Program-made: the position numbers and the translations under genes
Shown: positions 36,277 to 45,218 of the stretch, one piece after another
Numbering within the stretch: the first letter of the stretch is position 1
Layout: each line of letters opens with the position of its first letter
The notes under the pieces: generated by a model
Databases searched by the model: none
What the model saw: the letters and a program-made list of their open reading frames with translations, nothing else
What the model was told of the DNA's origin: nothing
Source: a virus
Taxonomy: Duplodnaviria > Caudoviricetes
Direction: 5' to 3' (one strand)
Length of the DNA: 55,040 bases
Virus record (IMG/VR): IMGVR_UViG_3300030116_000815
Coordinates: 1 to 55,040 of that record

Positions 36277-36466
36277 AAAAAAAACAGCAACTAAGAAAAA
36301 ATCAACAGTAAATAAAGCTGGTAACTATACTAAACCTACTATGCGTAAAAGAATCTTTAATAGAATTAAAGCTGGTAGTAAAGGTGGTAAACCCGGACAA
36401 TGGAGTGCTAGAAAAGCACAGATGTTAGCAAAAGCTTATAAAGCTGCTGGTGGTGGTTATAAGTAA
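36269..36466 (+). CDS. Small basic protein (KPGQWSARKAQ family)
   Basis: GAGG SD; coupled to neighbours. Confidence 0.75.
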   Translation: MPRKKTATKKKSTVNKAGNYTKPTMRKRIFNRIKAGSKGGKPGQWSARKAQMLAKAYKAAGGGYK

Positions 36467-36708
36467 TGGCTAGAGCTAAGTCACAACAAAGCCTAGTTAG
36501 GTGGACAAAACAAAAATGGCGAACTGCTAGTGGTAAGAAATCATCAGAAACTGGTGAAGTCTATGCACCAGAAGCAACCATTAAGCGTTTAAAGTCTACA
36601 CCATCAGGAAGAAAGAAGTTAGCTGCTGCTAATAGAAAGAAACGAGAAGCAACCAGAAAAGGTAAACAACATGCTAGACATGGTCTTCATAAAGGAAAGA
36701 AAAGATAA
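36466..36708 (+). CDS. Small basic protein (WTKQKWRT.SGK family)
   Basis: TAATG coupling. Confidence 0.75.
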   Translation: MARAKSQQSLVRWTKQKWRTASGKKSSETGEVYAPEATIKRLKSTPSGRKKLAAANRKKREATRKGKQHARHGLHKGKKR

Positions 36709-36998
36709 TGGCTAAGAAAAAAGATTCAAGATTAACAAGAGCAGGAGTAAGTGGTTATAATAAACCAAAGCGTACTCCTAATCATCCAAAGAAGTCACAC
36801 ATTGTTGTTGCTAAAGTAGGCGATAAGATTAAGACTATTAGATTTGGACAAAAAGGAGCTAAGACTGCAGGTAAACCAAAAGCTGGTGAGTCTGCAAGAA
36901 TGAAAGCAAAGCGTAAAAGTTTTAAAGCTAGACACGCTAAGAATATTGCCAAAGGAAAAATGTCAGCAGCTTATTGGGCTGATAGAGTAAAATGGTAA
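36708..36998 (+). CDS. Small basic protein (IRFGQ...SFKARH...AAYWA family)
   Basis: TAATG coupling. Confidence 0.75.
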   Translation: MAKKKDSRLTRAGVSGYNKPKRTPNHPKKSHIVVAKVGDKIKTIRFGQKGAKTAGKPKAGESARMKAKRKSFKARHAKNIAKGKMSAAYWADRVKW

Positions 36999-37075
36999 GA
37001 TTATTTAATAAGCTTCATACATTTATGAAGTGTGGTCGTATAAATAAAGTTATACGCATGATAACAAAGGAGTAA
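36992..37075 (+). CDS. Small hypothetical protein (27 aa)
   Basis: Read manually; overlaps upstream stop. Confidence 0.35.
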   Translation: MVRLFNKLHTFMKCGRINKVIRMITKE

Positions 37076-37077
37076 AA

Positions 37078-37182
37078 ATGGATATTATAATTGGAATAGT
37101 AGTTGCTACAGTTGTTGTAGGTGGTATTGTTTATAAATACAAGCCTGAATGGATTGAAGTAATCAAGTCATACTGGAAGTAG
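37078..37182 (+). CDS. Small single-pass membrane protein (34 aa)
   Basis: AAGGAG SD; MDIIIGIVVATVVVGGIVY hydrophobic helix. Confidence 0.6.
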   Translation: MDIIIGIVVATVVVGGIVYKYKPEWIEVIKSYWK

Positions 37183-37188
37183 TCTCTT

Positions 37189-37368
37189 ATGTCATATACA
37201 TTTGGTAGTAACGAAAAGCCTGTATTGATGACCAATAAAAAGAATGGTGGTCGAATAGGTAAAGGTTCAAGACCAAGACCCGGATATTTTAGTCAGCAGT
37301 ACAAAGATAACTATGACAAAATATTTGGTAAGAAAGTTTCCAAAGCCGATAAGGCAGAGGAGGCGTAA
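37189..37368 (+). CDS. Small hypothetical protein (59 aa, GKGSRPRP...NYDKIFG)
   Basis: Read manually; motif typical of small marine phage proteins. Confidence 0.55.
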   Translation: MSYTFGSNEKPVLMTNKKNGGRIGKGSRPRPGYFSQQYKDNYDKIFGKKVSKADKAEEA

Positions 37369-37431
37369 GAGGCTTCTTAGGACAATTCTTCATTCACCTT
37401 AGTCTTAAGAAGCCCAGCTCTAGGAATAAAT

Positions 37432-37683
37432 ATGGAAGTACCAATAACATACATTAGAAGAACTTCATCAACAATACCATTTGGTTATGTAGAATCAGAT
37501 GAGTATGAAGGTTATTTAAAACCTATTGAAGAAGACTTAAGAGTATTAAAAGAAGTATCAGAAGCTGTATTTCATGGAGAAATAAGTTTAGGCATAGGAG
37601 TTGATTGGCTAGAGGCTGAAACAGGAAAGAGGATGTCAAGACCCGGACTTAAAAAATATGTAGATAAAAAGTATGACAGATAA
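37432..37683 (+). CDS. Small HTH DNA-binding protein
   Basis: IPFGY motif, W.L...TG..MS.PGLKK helix-turn-helix; AGGA SD. Confidence 0.65.
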   Translation: MEVPITYIRRTSSTIPFGYVESDEYEGYLKPIEEDLRVLKEVSEAVFHGEISLGIGVDWLEAETGKRMSRPGLKKYVDKKYDR

Positions 37684-39316
37684 AGAAAAAAACTCTACAA
37701 AGTACTTGACAAACTCAAAAGGTGAGTATATACTAAATAAAGATGGTAGTCGGAGAAAAAAACCCGGCAGACCTAAGAATAGTGAATTATCTAATATTAA
37801 ACTAGCATTACAAGCTAAAAATAAATTAGATAAGAAAAATAAAAAAGTTAAAAAGTTAACACGCAGTTTAGCTAGAGTTAAAAAAGAAGTAGAGATTGAA
37901 GAAAAGTCTCTTACTTCAAATGTCTTAACGCAATCGGAAACTAAAGAGTTACCGGATGCGATACAAGAACATTTAGATACAACTGGGGAGTATGTGGCAT
38001 TTATGCCAAATGAAGGACCCCAGACAGATTTTTTAGCTGCATCAGAAAAAGATGTTCTTTATGGAGGTGCAGCAGGTGGTGGTAAAAGTTTTGCAATGTT
38101 AATAGACCCATTGCGATATTGCCACTTTGCCGAACATAGAGCTTTAATACTTAGGAGGTCTATGCCAGAACTACGAGAACTTATAGATAAGTCTCGTGAA
38201 CTCTATCCAAAAGCATTTAAAGGTGCTAAGTTTAGAGAAGTAGAAAAGTTATGGCAGTTTCCTAGTGGAGCTAAAATAGAGTTTGGGTTCTTGGAACGAG
38301 ATGCTGATGTGTATCGTTATCAAGGACAAGCGTACAGTTGGATAGGTTTTGATGAGATAACTCACTTACCTACAGAGTTTGGTTGGAACTACTTAGCATC
38401 AAGGCTAAGAACTACTAACCCAGAGATTAAAACATATCTAAGATGTACAGCTAACCCCGGTGGTGTAGGTGCACAATGGGTAAAGAAAAGATATGTTGAA
38501 GCTTCTGAACATAATAAAAGTTTTATAGGTTCAGATGGTTTAACAAGAAAGTTTATTCCAGCATTGTTACAGGATAATCCGTACCTTGCAGAAGATGGTG
38601 AATATGAAAGGATGCTAGATTCCTTACCAGCAGTACAGCGTAAGCAGTTGTTGGAAGGAAACTGGGATGTAGCAGAAGGTGCAGCGTTTGCTGAATTTAC
38701 ACCAGATGTACATGTAGTAGCTCCTTTTGAATTACCTGCATGGTGGGAAAGAGTAAAAGGATTAGACTATGGTTATGCTGCAGAAAGTTGTTGTCTATGG
38801 GCTGCTATAGACCCTGATGATAAGACCATCATTATTTATAGAGAATTATACAGAAAGGGTCTAACAGGGGAAGCACTCGGCGACACTATAACTCAAATGG
38901 AAGAGAATGAAATTAAATCTATTCCGGGAGTTTTAGATACTGCTGCATGGTCAAGAACTGGATATACAGGTCCTACTATTGGTGAGATACTTGTCAATAA
39001 AGGACATAAATTAAGAAGAGCTGATAAAAATAGAGTAGCTGGTAAAACTCAAATACATGAGCATTTAAGGCAACGAGAGAATGGCAGACCAAGATTACAA
39101 ATATTTAGTAATTGTGTCAACCTTATAAAAGAATTACAAGGTATACCATTATCTAAAACGAATCCGGAGGATGTAGATACACATGCTTCGGACCACGCTT
39201 ATGATGCATTAAGGTATTTAATAATGAGTAGACCTAGAATGGACCATCCTTATGATAGGATGATGAAAATAAAAACAGATATATATCAACCTTCGGATAA
39301 TACATTTGGATATTAA
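37673..39316 (+). CDS. terL: Terminase large subunit
   Basis: Q motif GPQTDF, Walker A GGAAGGGKS, Walker B IGFDE, TANPGG, nuclease GLDYG and DHAYDALRY. Confidence 0.96.
   Translation: MTDKEKNSTKYLTNSKGEYILNKDGSRRKKPGRPKNSELSNIKLALQAKNKLDKKNKKVKKLTRSLARVKKEVEIEEKSLTSNVLTQSETKELPDAIQEHLDTTGEYVAFMPNEGPQTDFLAASEKDVLYGGAAGGGKSFAMLIDPLRYCHFAEHRALILRRSMPELRELIDKSRELYPKAFKGAKFREVEKLWQFPSGAKIEFGFLERDADVYRYQGQAYSWIGFDEITHLPTEFGWNYLASRLRTTNPEIKTYLRCTANPGGVGAQWVKKRYVEASEHNKSFIGSDGLTRKFIPALLQDNPYLAEDGEYERMLDSLPAVQRKQLLEGNWDVAEGAAFAEFTPDVHVVAPFELPAWWERVKGLDYGYAAESCCLWAAIDPDDKTIIIYRELYRKGLTGEALGDTITQMEENEIKSIPGVLDTAAWSRTGYTGPTIGEILVNKGHKLRRADKNRVAGKTQIHEHLRQRENGRPRLQIFSNCVNLIKELQGIPLSKTNPEDVDTHASDHAYDALRYLIMSRPRMDHPYDRMMKIKTDIYQPSDNTFGY
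37706..37734 (+). promoter_or_regulatory. Internal sigma70 promoter within terL 5' region
   Basis: TTGACA-N17-TATACT. Confidence 0.55.
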
Positions 39317-39318
39317 AC

Positions 39319-41532
39319 ATGGCAGAAGATAATACATTTTTAGATGCGAACAATCTTTACGAAGAAGTAGAAGGTGAAGCTGGAAAACAATTAAAGTTAC
39401 CAGAAGACCAACAGCGTAATCTAATAGGAATTATAAAAGGTAGATATGCCCAAGCAGAAATGGCTAGGGATGCTGATGAAAGAAGGTGGATGAAAGCATA
39501 TGAGAACTTTAGAGGTCTCTATGGTAAGAATGTAAAATTTAGAGAATCAGAAAAGTCTAGAGTATTTGTTAAGATAACTAAAACAAAAGTACTAGCAGCA
39601 TATGGTCAGTTAGTAGATGTTATCTTTGGTACAGGTAAGTTTCCTATAGGTATAGCAGAAACTAAAGTACCAGAAGGTGAAACAGATATAGCACATCTAG
39701 ACATCAATAACCCTACACCAAACATCGAAACATCATTGAACGAGATACCCGATGATATTGGAAATAGAATAGATGACCCATATAATGTAGGTTATGAAGG
39801 CGATGGTAATGTACTAAAGCCCGGAGCTACACACTATAATGGATTGTATGAAGATTCTATTGATATACAAGCAAGAAAAGCTGGTATACTAAAAGATGGT
39901 GTTAGTGCTGACCCACAAGCAATAGAGTTATCTCCTGCACAAAAAGCTGCAAGGAGAATGGAAAAACTTATTCATGACCAAATAGATGAATCAAATGGCT
40001 CTTCTGAAATACGAAATGCTTTATTAGAATCATCTTTATTAGGTACAGGAATTGTTAAAGGACCATTTAACTTCAATAAAAAATTACACAAATGGGATAA
40101 TACTGGTGAAGGTAGAGAATATAATCCATTAGAAGTTAGAGTTCCTAGAATAGAGTTTGTTAGTTGTTGGGATTTTTATCCAGACCCATCTGCTACTAAC
40201 ATGGATGAATGTGAATATGTTTTCCATAGACACAAAATGAATCGTAGTCAACTAAGACAATTACGAAACATGCCTTACTTTGATGAAGATGCTATTCGTG
40301 ATTGTATTCAACTAGGTCCTAACTATGTTGAAAAAGATTATGAATATGGTCTAAGAGATGACAGAAGAGCAGATGTAGAAGAAGGTAATAACTTTGAAGT
40401 TCTAGAATACTGGGGTATAATGGATGCTCAATATGCTAGAGAGGTTGGAGTTAAACTTCCTAAAAAGATTGATGACTTAGATGAAGTCCAAGTAAATATT
40501 TGGATATGTGGTGACAGAATATTAAGAGCTGTAGTAAATCCATTTACACCTTATAGAATACCATATCATGCTTTCCCATATGAAAGAAATCCATATAGTT
40601 TCTTTGGTATTGGTATAGCAGAAAATATGGATGACAGTCAGCAAATTATGAATGGACATGCAAGAATGGCTATTGATAATTTGGCAATGTCAGGCTCTTT
40701 AGTATTTGATGTTGATGAATCTGCTTTAGTAGGTGGTCAGTCAATGGAAATATATCCGGGCAAAGTATTTAGAAGACAAGCAGGAATGCCCGGACAAGCA
40801 ATACATGGTTTAAAATTCCCAAATACATCACAAGAAAACTTGATGATGTTTGACAAGTTTAGACAACTTGCAGATGAACAAACAGGTTTACCTAGTTACT
40901 CACATGGTCAAACTGGAGTTCAAAGTATGACAAGGACTGCTTCTGGTATGTCTATGTTACTTGGAGCATCTAGTTTAAATATAAAAACTGTTGTCAAAAA
41001 CCTTGATGACTTTTTATTAAAACCATTAGGTGAATCTTATTTTCAATGGAACATGCAATTCCATGAAGGTGAGTTAGATGTAGATGGTGATTTAGAAGTT
41101 AAGGCTACTGGTACAAATAGCTTGATGCAAAAAGAAGTACGAAGTCAAAGATTGACTATGTTCTTACAAACTGCACAAAGTCCAGCTATCGCACCATTTG
41201 TTAAGATTTCTAAACTTGTAAGTGAACTAGCCTACAGCTTAGACTTGGACCCTGATGAAATACTCAATGACCCAGAAGAAGCTGCAATAATGGCTCAAAT
41301 AATAGGAATGCAAAATGCTAGACAAGAAAATGGCGAGGAAGCTCAACCCCTTGGTCAACAACAGGGAGCAATGGGAAGTATGGCAGGAACACCTGAACAA
41401 CCTCAAGACCTTGGCGTTACAGGAACTGGTGGTGGCAACATCGGAATCGGAAATGTACCGGTCGCAGGGGAAAGTTCGTTTAGTGGGAATGTTGGAATCC
41501 CTGCCGGAGCAGGTGAAAGAGGCATTGAATAG
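39319..41532 (+). CDS. Portal protein
   Basis: 737 aa after terL; LGTGIVKGP, DFYPDPSA, FFGIGIAENM.D.Q..MNG..RMAIDN, TASGMSML. Confidence 0.9.
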   Translation: MAEDNTFLDANNLYEEVEGEAGKQLKLPEDQQRNLIGIIKGRYAQAEMARDADERRWMKAYENFRGLYGKNVKFRESEKSRVFVKITKTKVLAAYGQLVDVIFGTGKFPIGIAETKVPEGETDIAHLDINNPTPNIETSLNEIPDDIGNRIDDPYNVGYEGDGNVLKPGATHYNGLYEDSIDIQARKAGILKDGVSADPQAIELSPAQKAARRMEKLIHDQIDESNGSSEIRNALLESSLLGTGIVKGPFNFNKKLHKWDNTGEGREYNPLEVRVPRIEFVSCWDFYPDPSATNMDECEYVFHRHKMNRSQLRQLRNMPYFDEDAIRDCIQLGPNYVEKDYEYGLRDDRRADVEEGNNFEVLEYWGIMDAQYAREVGVKLPKKIDDLDEVQVNIWICGDRILRAVVNPFTPYRIPYHAFPYERNPYSFFGIGIAENMDDSQQIMNGHARMAIDNLAMSGSLVFDVDESALVGGQSMEIYPGKVFRRQAGMPGQAIHGLKFPNTSQENLMMFDKFRQLADEQTGLPSYSHGQTGVQSMTRTASGMSMLLGASSLNIKTVVKNLDDFLLKPLGESYFQWNMQFHEGELDVDGDLEVKATGTNSLMQKEVRSQRLTMFLQTAQSPAIAPFVKISKLVSELAYSLDLDPDEILNDPEEAAIMAQIIGMQNARQENGEEAQPLGQQQGAMGSMAGTPEQPQDLGVTGTGGGNIGIGNVPVAGESSFSGNVGIPAGAGERGIE

Positions 41533-41542
41533 GAGAGATTAA
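41315..41542 (+). CDS. Small head-associated protein overprinted on portal 3' end
   Basis: AGGA SD; helical sequence with MYRSQG motif; its TAA overlaps the next ATG. Confidence 0.65.
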   Translation: MLDKKMARKLNPLVNNREQWEVWQEHLNNLKTLALQELVVATSESEMYRSQGKVRLVGMLESLPEQVKEALNRRD

Positions 41543-42255
41543 TGGAGTACATGGAAGAATTACATAAGAGATTAGGTATGAAAGATGGAGGAGAGTTTCC
41601 TGATTTAAACAAAGATGGAAAAACTTCATACGCTGATGTTCTTATAGGTAGAGGCGTAAGATTAAAGAAACAAGAAGGTGGTTCAATGGATGACCAAATG
41701 AAAGACATGATGGGAGAACAACCTGATATGGATATGGTTCCAGATGAACAGATGGAAGATAACTATATGAATTTTATAATCCAAGAAGCATTAAGTGAAG
41801 AAGAAGAAGATGTTCTCTTGGAAAAATTACAACAAGACAAAGAGCTACTACGACTATTTGATAAAGTAGTTGATGTAGCACAAGAATTTGCTGGGTCTGG
41901 TCCTGTAGAAGGTCCGGGTTCAGGAATCTCCGACAGTATACCTGCAAGGTTATCTGATGGAGAATTTGTTTTCACAGCAAAAGCAACGGAAGTATTAGGC
42001 TCTGATAATTTACAGGCTATGATGGAAGATGCTGAAAGAGTTGCTGATGAAGGCAGAAAACCTATGAACGATGGTGGTACCATGCAAGAGGAAGATAGTC
42101 AAGAACAAGCTGTAAAGCAAGTTGAACAAACTATCAATGTAAATAGACCTCAAGTACAAGAAGAATCAGGACCGAGGATTATGCCTCAAAATGATTTAGT
42201 AAAAGAGGAACTATCTAAAATGGCTCTTGCTGATATAGACCATGTTCGTAGCTAA
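41542..42255 (+). CDS. Head morphogenesis protein with GPG..SDSIPARLSDGEFV domain (candidate protease)
   Basis: AGGAG SD; between portal and scaffold; also FPDLNKDGK EF-hand-like loop. Confidence 0.6.
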   Translation: MEYMEELHKRLGMKDGGEFPDLNKDGKTSYADVLIGRGVRLKKQEGGSMDDQMKDMMGEQPDMDMVPDEQMEDNYMNFIIQEALSEEEEDVLLEKLQQDKELLRLFDKVVDVAQEFAGSGPVEGPGSGISDSIPARLSDGEFVFTAKATEVLGSDNLQAMMEDAERVADEGRKPMNDGGTMQEEDSQEQAVKQVEQTINVNRPQVQEESGPRIMPQNDLVKEELSKMALADIDHVRS

Positions 42256-42257
42256 GC

Positions 42258-42372
42258 GTAGAGCTACCCTATTAGCGTAGGCACTCTACAAATTAAAACC
42301 GAAAGGCGACCTTTACAACAAGCCCTATAGTGCACATATAGCTACCTTGTGAACGAAGCCCTGATTAGGAGG
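42258..42372 (+). promoter_or_regulatory. Structured scaffold-gene leader: three hairpins with a repeated asymmetric internal loop
   Basis: G-CNAC-C ... G-CM-C repeated three times just before the AGGAGG SD. Confidence 0.6.
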
Positions 42373-42380
42373 ATAAGAAT

Positions 42381-43250
42381 ATGACTGAACAAGTCCAAAC
42401 AGAGGATAAGCCAAATCCTTATAACGCTAAAAAAGATTGGCACGAGAAAGATAAACCTTTTTCATCATCAGAGAATCTTTATTTTGAAGAGCCTTCTGAA
42501 AAAAACAAACTGTTTACTACTTCGGATATAACTGAAGCAGAAGACAATGTTAATACAGAAGAACTGGAAACTACAAAGGATAAACCTTATGGTAAGCCAG
42601 ACTACAAAAAAAGATATGATGATTTAAAAAGACATTATGATAGAAAACTTAATGAGTTCAAAGCCAGAGAACAAGAGTTGCAAACTCAAGTGGTAACACC
42701 AGAGTATAAAACTCCAAAAACTGAAGAAGAACTAAATAAATTTAAGGAACAATATCCTGATGTTTACGAAGTTGTAGAAACTGTAGCACATCTACAAAGT
42801 GATGCTAAAGCAAAAGTTCTAGAAGAACGCCTTAGTAAATTGCAAGAAAGAGAGATGCAGATTTCTAGAGCAGAAGCAGAAAAAAGGTTAATGGAAAGAC
42901 ATCCTGACTTTAATGAAATTAGAGACAATGATGATTTTCATAACTGGGCAAACAACCAGCCAGAGTCTATCAAATCATGGATATACTCAAATGCTGATGA
43001 TGCTGATTTAGCTTCTCGTGCATTAGATTTATTTAAGCGAGATATGGGGATTAGTTTACCACAAGAGGATAAGTCATCTTCTACGACCGAATCTGCTGCA
43101 GATATGGTATCAACTAAAACAACAACAGTTGAACCAAAGCAGGAGAAAGTTTGGTCAGAAAAGGAGATTGCTGCTATGAGTGTTGCAGAGTTTGATAAGT
43201 ACGAAGAGGAAATATCAAATGCAATGCAAGAAGGCAGAATCGTAAAGTAA
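42381..43250 (+). CDS. Capsid scaffolding protein
   Basis: YKKRYDDLKRH coiled coil, HPDF, C-terminal EI..MS..EF....EI..A..EGRI; precedes MCP. Confidence 0.85.
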   Translation: MTEQVQTEDKPNPYNAKKDWHEKDKPFSSSENLYFEEPSEKNKLFTTSDITEAEDNVNTEELETTKDKPYGKPDYKKRYDDLKRHYDRKLNEFKAREQELQTQVVTPEYKTPKTEEELNKFKEQYPDVYEVVETVAHLQSDAKAKVLEERLSKLQEREMQISRAEAEKRLMERHPDFNEIRDNDDFHNWANNQPESIKSWIYSNADDADLASRALDLFKRDMGISLPQEDKSSSTTESAADMVSTKTTTVEPKQEKVWSEKEIAAMSVAEFDKYEEEISNAMQEGRIVK

Positions 43251-43274
43251 ACTATTTAATAAAGGAGAAGTATC

Positions 43275-44249
43275 ATGGCTCAATATTTTGAACCAAGTAC
43301 CGATACTAATGCTAACTTTGCTAACTCCGTTAGTGGACAGGCTAATAGTTTCTTCCTACCTTCCGTTTATTCTAAAAAGGTTTTAAACTTCTTTAGGAAA
43401 GCCTCGGTAGCAGAAGCTATTACTAACACCGATTATACTGGTGAAATATCTGCTTTCGGAGATTCAGTAAAGATTATTAAAGAACCAGTTATCTCTGTGT
43501 CTGATTACACAAGAGGTAGCGATACTTCACAAACAATGCTAACAGACCAAGAATTAACTCTTGTTGTTGATAGTGCTAAAGCTTTCAAATTCATCGTAGA
43601 TGATATTGAAACTAACATGTCACATGTTAACTTCAAAGAAGTTGCTTCTTCAAGTGCTGCATATGCTCTTAAAGATTCATATGATGCTGCTGTTATTGCT
43701 AAAATGTTTGCTGGATTATCAGCTAGTTCACCTGACCACATCATAGGTTCAGATAGTGCAACTGCAGATGCTACAATGGCACACGCAACTAACTCTGTCG
43801 ACTTATTAGGTTCAGATGGAACTGGTGTAGACCCATTAGATTTAATGGCTAGAATGGCTAGAAAACTAGATGAGCAAAATGTTCCTGAAGAAGGAAGATG
43901 GTTCCTTGCTGGACCAGATTTCTATGAGCAACTTGGTCAATCAGGTTCTAAGTTATTGTCTGTTGATTTCAATGCTGGTCAAGGTTCAATAAGAAATGGA
44001 TTAGTATCAAGTGGAAAACTAAGAGGATTTGATATGTACAAATCTAACAACATTGCTGCTACATCAAATGCAAGTGGTAAAGTGTTAGCTGGACATATGA
44101 GTTCAACTGCAACTGCAAATACTATTCTTTCAACAGAAGTGTTGAGAGACCCAACATCGTTTGGTGATATAGTAAGAGGTCTTCATGTTTATGGCTGTAA
44201 AGTCTTAAGAGAAGAAGCTCTAGTAGGTGCATTCTATGTTATCGACTAA
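43275..44249 (+). CDS. Major capsid protein
   Basis: FLPSVYSKKVL, NTDYTGEI...GDSVKI, VP.EGRW, FGDIVRGLHVYG; AAGGAG SD; followed by a terminator. Confidence 0.92.
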   Translation: MAQYFEPSTDTNANFANSVSGQANSFFLPSVYSKKVLNFFRKASVAEAITNTDYTGEISAFGDSVKIIKEPVISVSDYTRGSDTSQTMLTDQELTLVVDSAKAFKFIVDDIETNMSHVNFKEVASSSAAYALKDSYDAAVIAKMFAGLSASSPDHIIGSDSATADATMAHATNSVDLLGSDGTGVDPLDLMARMARKLDEQNVPEEGRWFLAGPDFYEQLGQSGSKLLSVDFNAGQGSIRNGLVSSGKLRGFDMYKSNNIAATSNASGKVLAGHMSSTATANTILSTEVLRDPTSFGDIVRGLHVYGCKVLREEALVGAFYVID

Positions 44250-44258
44250 TAACAATTC

Positions 44259-44288
44259 GGGGGAGTCGTAAGGCTCCTCCACTTTTTT
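44259..44288 (+). terminator. Intrinsic terminator after MCP
   Basis: GGGGAGTC-GTAA-GGCTCCTC stem-loop then T6. Confidence 0.85.
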
Positions 44289-44301
44289 AGGAAAAAAAAT
44301 T

Positions 44302-44442
44302 ATGTATGGAAAAAGAAAAGGAATGAAACATGGAGGAACACATCGTAAGCCTATGGGTGGTGGTGGTTATTCCATGAAGAAAAATAAAAGAAAAATGTAT
44401 AAGCATGGTGGAAAAGCCATGGAAACAGCAAAACCTTGTTAG
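44302..44442 (+). CDS. Small basic protein (46 aa) with three R-x-x-[MY]-x-x-G-G repeats
   Basis: Read manually: MYGKRKGMKHGGTHRKPMGGGGYSMKKNKRKMYKHGGKAMETAKPC. Confidence 0.65.
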   Translation: MYGKRKGMKHGGTHRKPMGGGGYSMKKNKRKMYKHGGKAMETAKPC

Positions 44443-44450
44443 GAGTTTAA

Positions 44451-45218
44451 ATGGCTACAACATATTTAGATTTAAGTAATGAGATATTAAGGGAGTTAAA
44501 TGAAATTCCTTTAACATCAGCTAACTTTGGTGCAGCATTAGGATTACAACAATTTGTAAAAGATGCTATAAATAAAGCTATATTTGATATTGCTAATGAA
44601 GAACCACAGTTACCATTCTTTAGTGCTGGAGTAAGTGGAGGTACAGACCCTTTTTATGGTAATGTAACTGTAGCTACTGTAGCAGGACAAAGATGGTATA
44701 CTTTAAAATCTAGTAGTTCTAGCATAACAACAGATTACTCCTCTGTTGATTGGGATGATTTTTATTTAACAACAATAAATGTAAGTGGCGAATCAGCTCC
44801 ATATGTTTCTAAAGGATTAAAATTTTTAACATTAGCTGATTGGAAACAGTATAGAAGAGATAATGAAAACGCTGATGATGCAGATACTCAAAATTATGGA
44901 GAGCCACAGTATGTTATTAAAAGTCCAGACCATAGAAAGTTTGGACTAAGTCCTATACCAGACAAAGTTTACAATGTGCATTTTTATGCATTTGATAAGC
45001 CAACTAAATTAGATGCTCATGGAGATACAATAGTATTACCAGAACAATATAGTAATGTTATAACTTCAAGAGTAAGATATTATGTATGGCAATTTAAAGA
45101 AAGCCCACAACAGGCTGCGTTTGCGTTAGAAGATTACAAAAAAGCTATGAGGCATATGAAATCAAATCTATTAAATCCACAGCCTAAATATATGACAGAT
45201 GACAGGACATACTTTTAA
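44451..45218 (+). CDS. Head-tail adaptor / tail tubular protein A-like
   Basis: TYLDL.NE.LRELNE N-terminus, L.PIPDK.Y, D...LPEQY; position after MCP. Confidence 0.75.
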   Translation: MATTYLDLSNEILRELNEIPLTSANFGAALGLQQFVKDAINKAIFDIANEEPQLPFFSAGVSGGTDPFYGNVTVATVAGQRWYTLKSSSSSITTDYSSVDWDDFYLTTINVSGESAPYVSKGLKFLTLADWKQYRRDNENADDADTQNYGEPQYVIKSPDHRKFGLSPIPDKVYNVHFYAFDKPTKLDAHGDTIVLPEQYSNVITSRVRYYVWQFKESPQQAAFALEDYKKAMRHMKSNLLNPQPKYMTDDRTYF

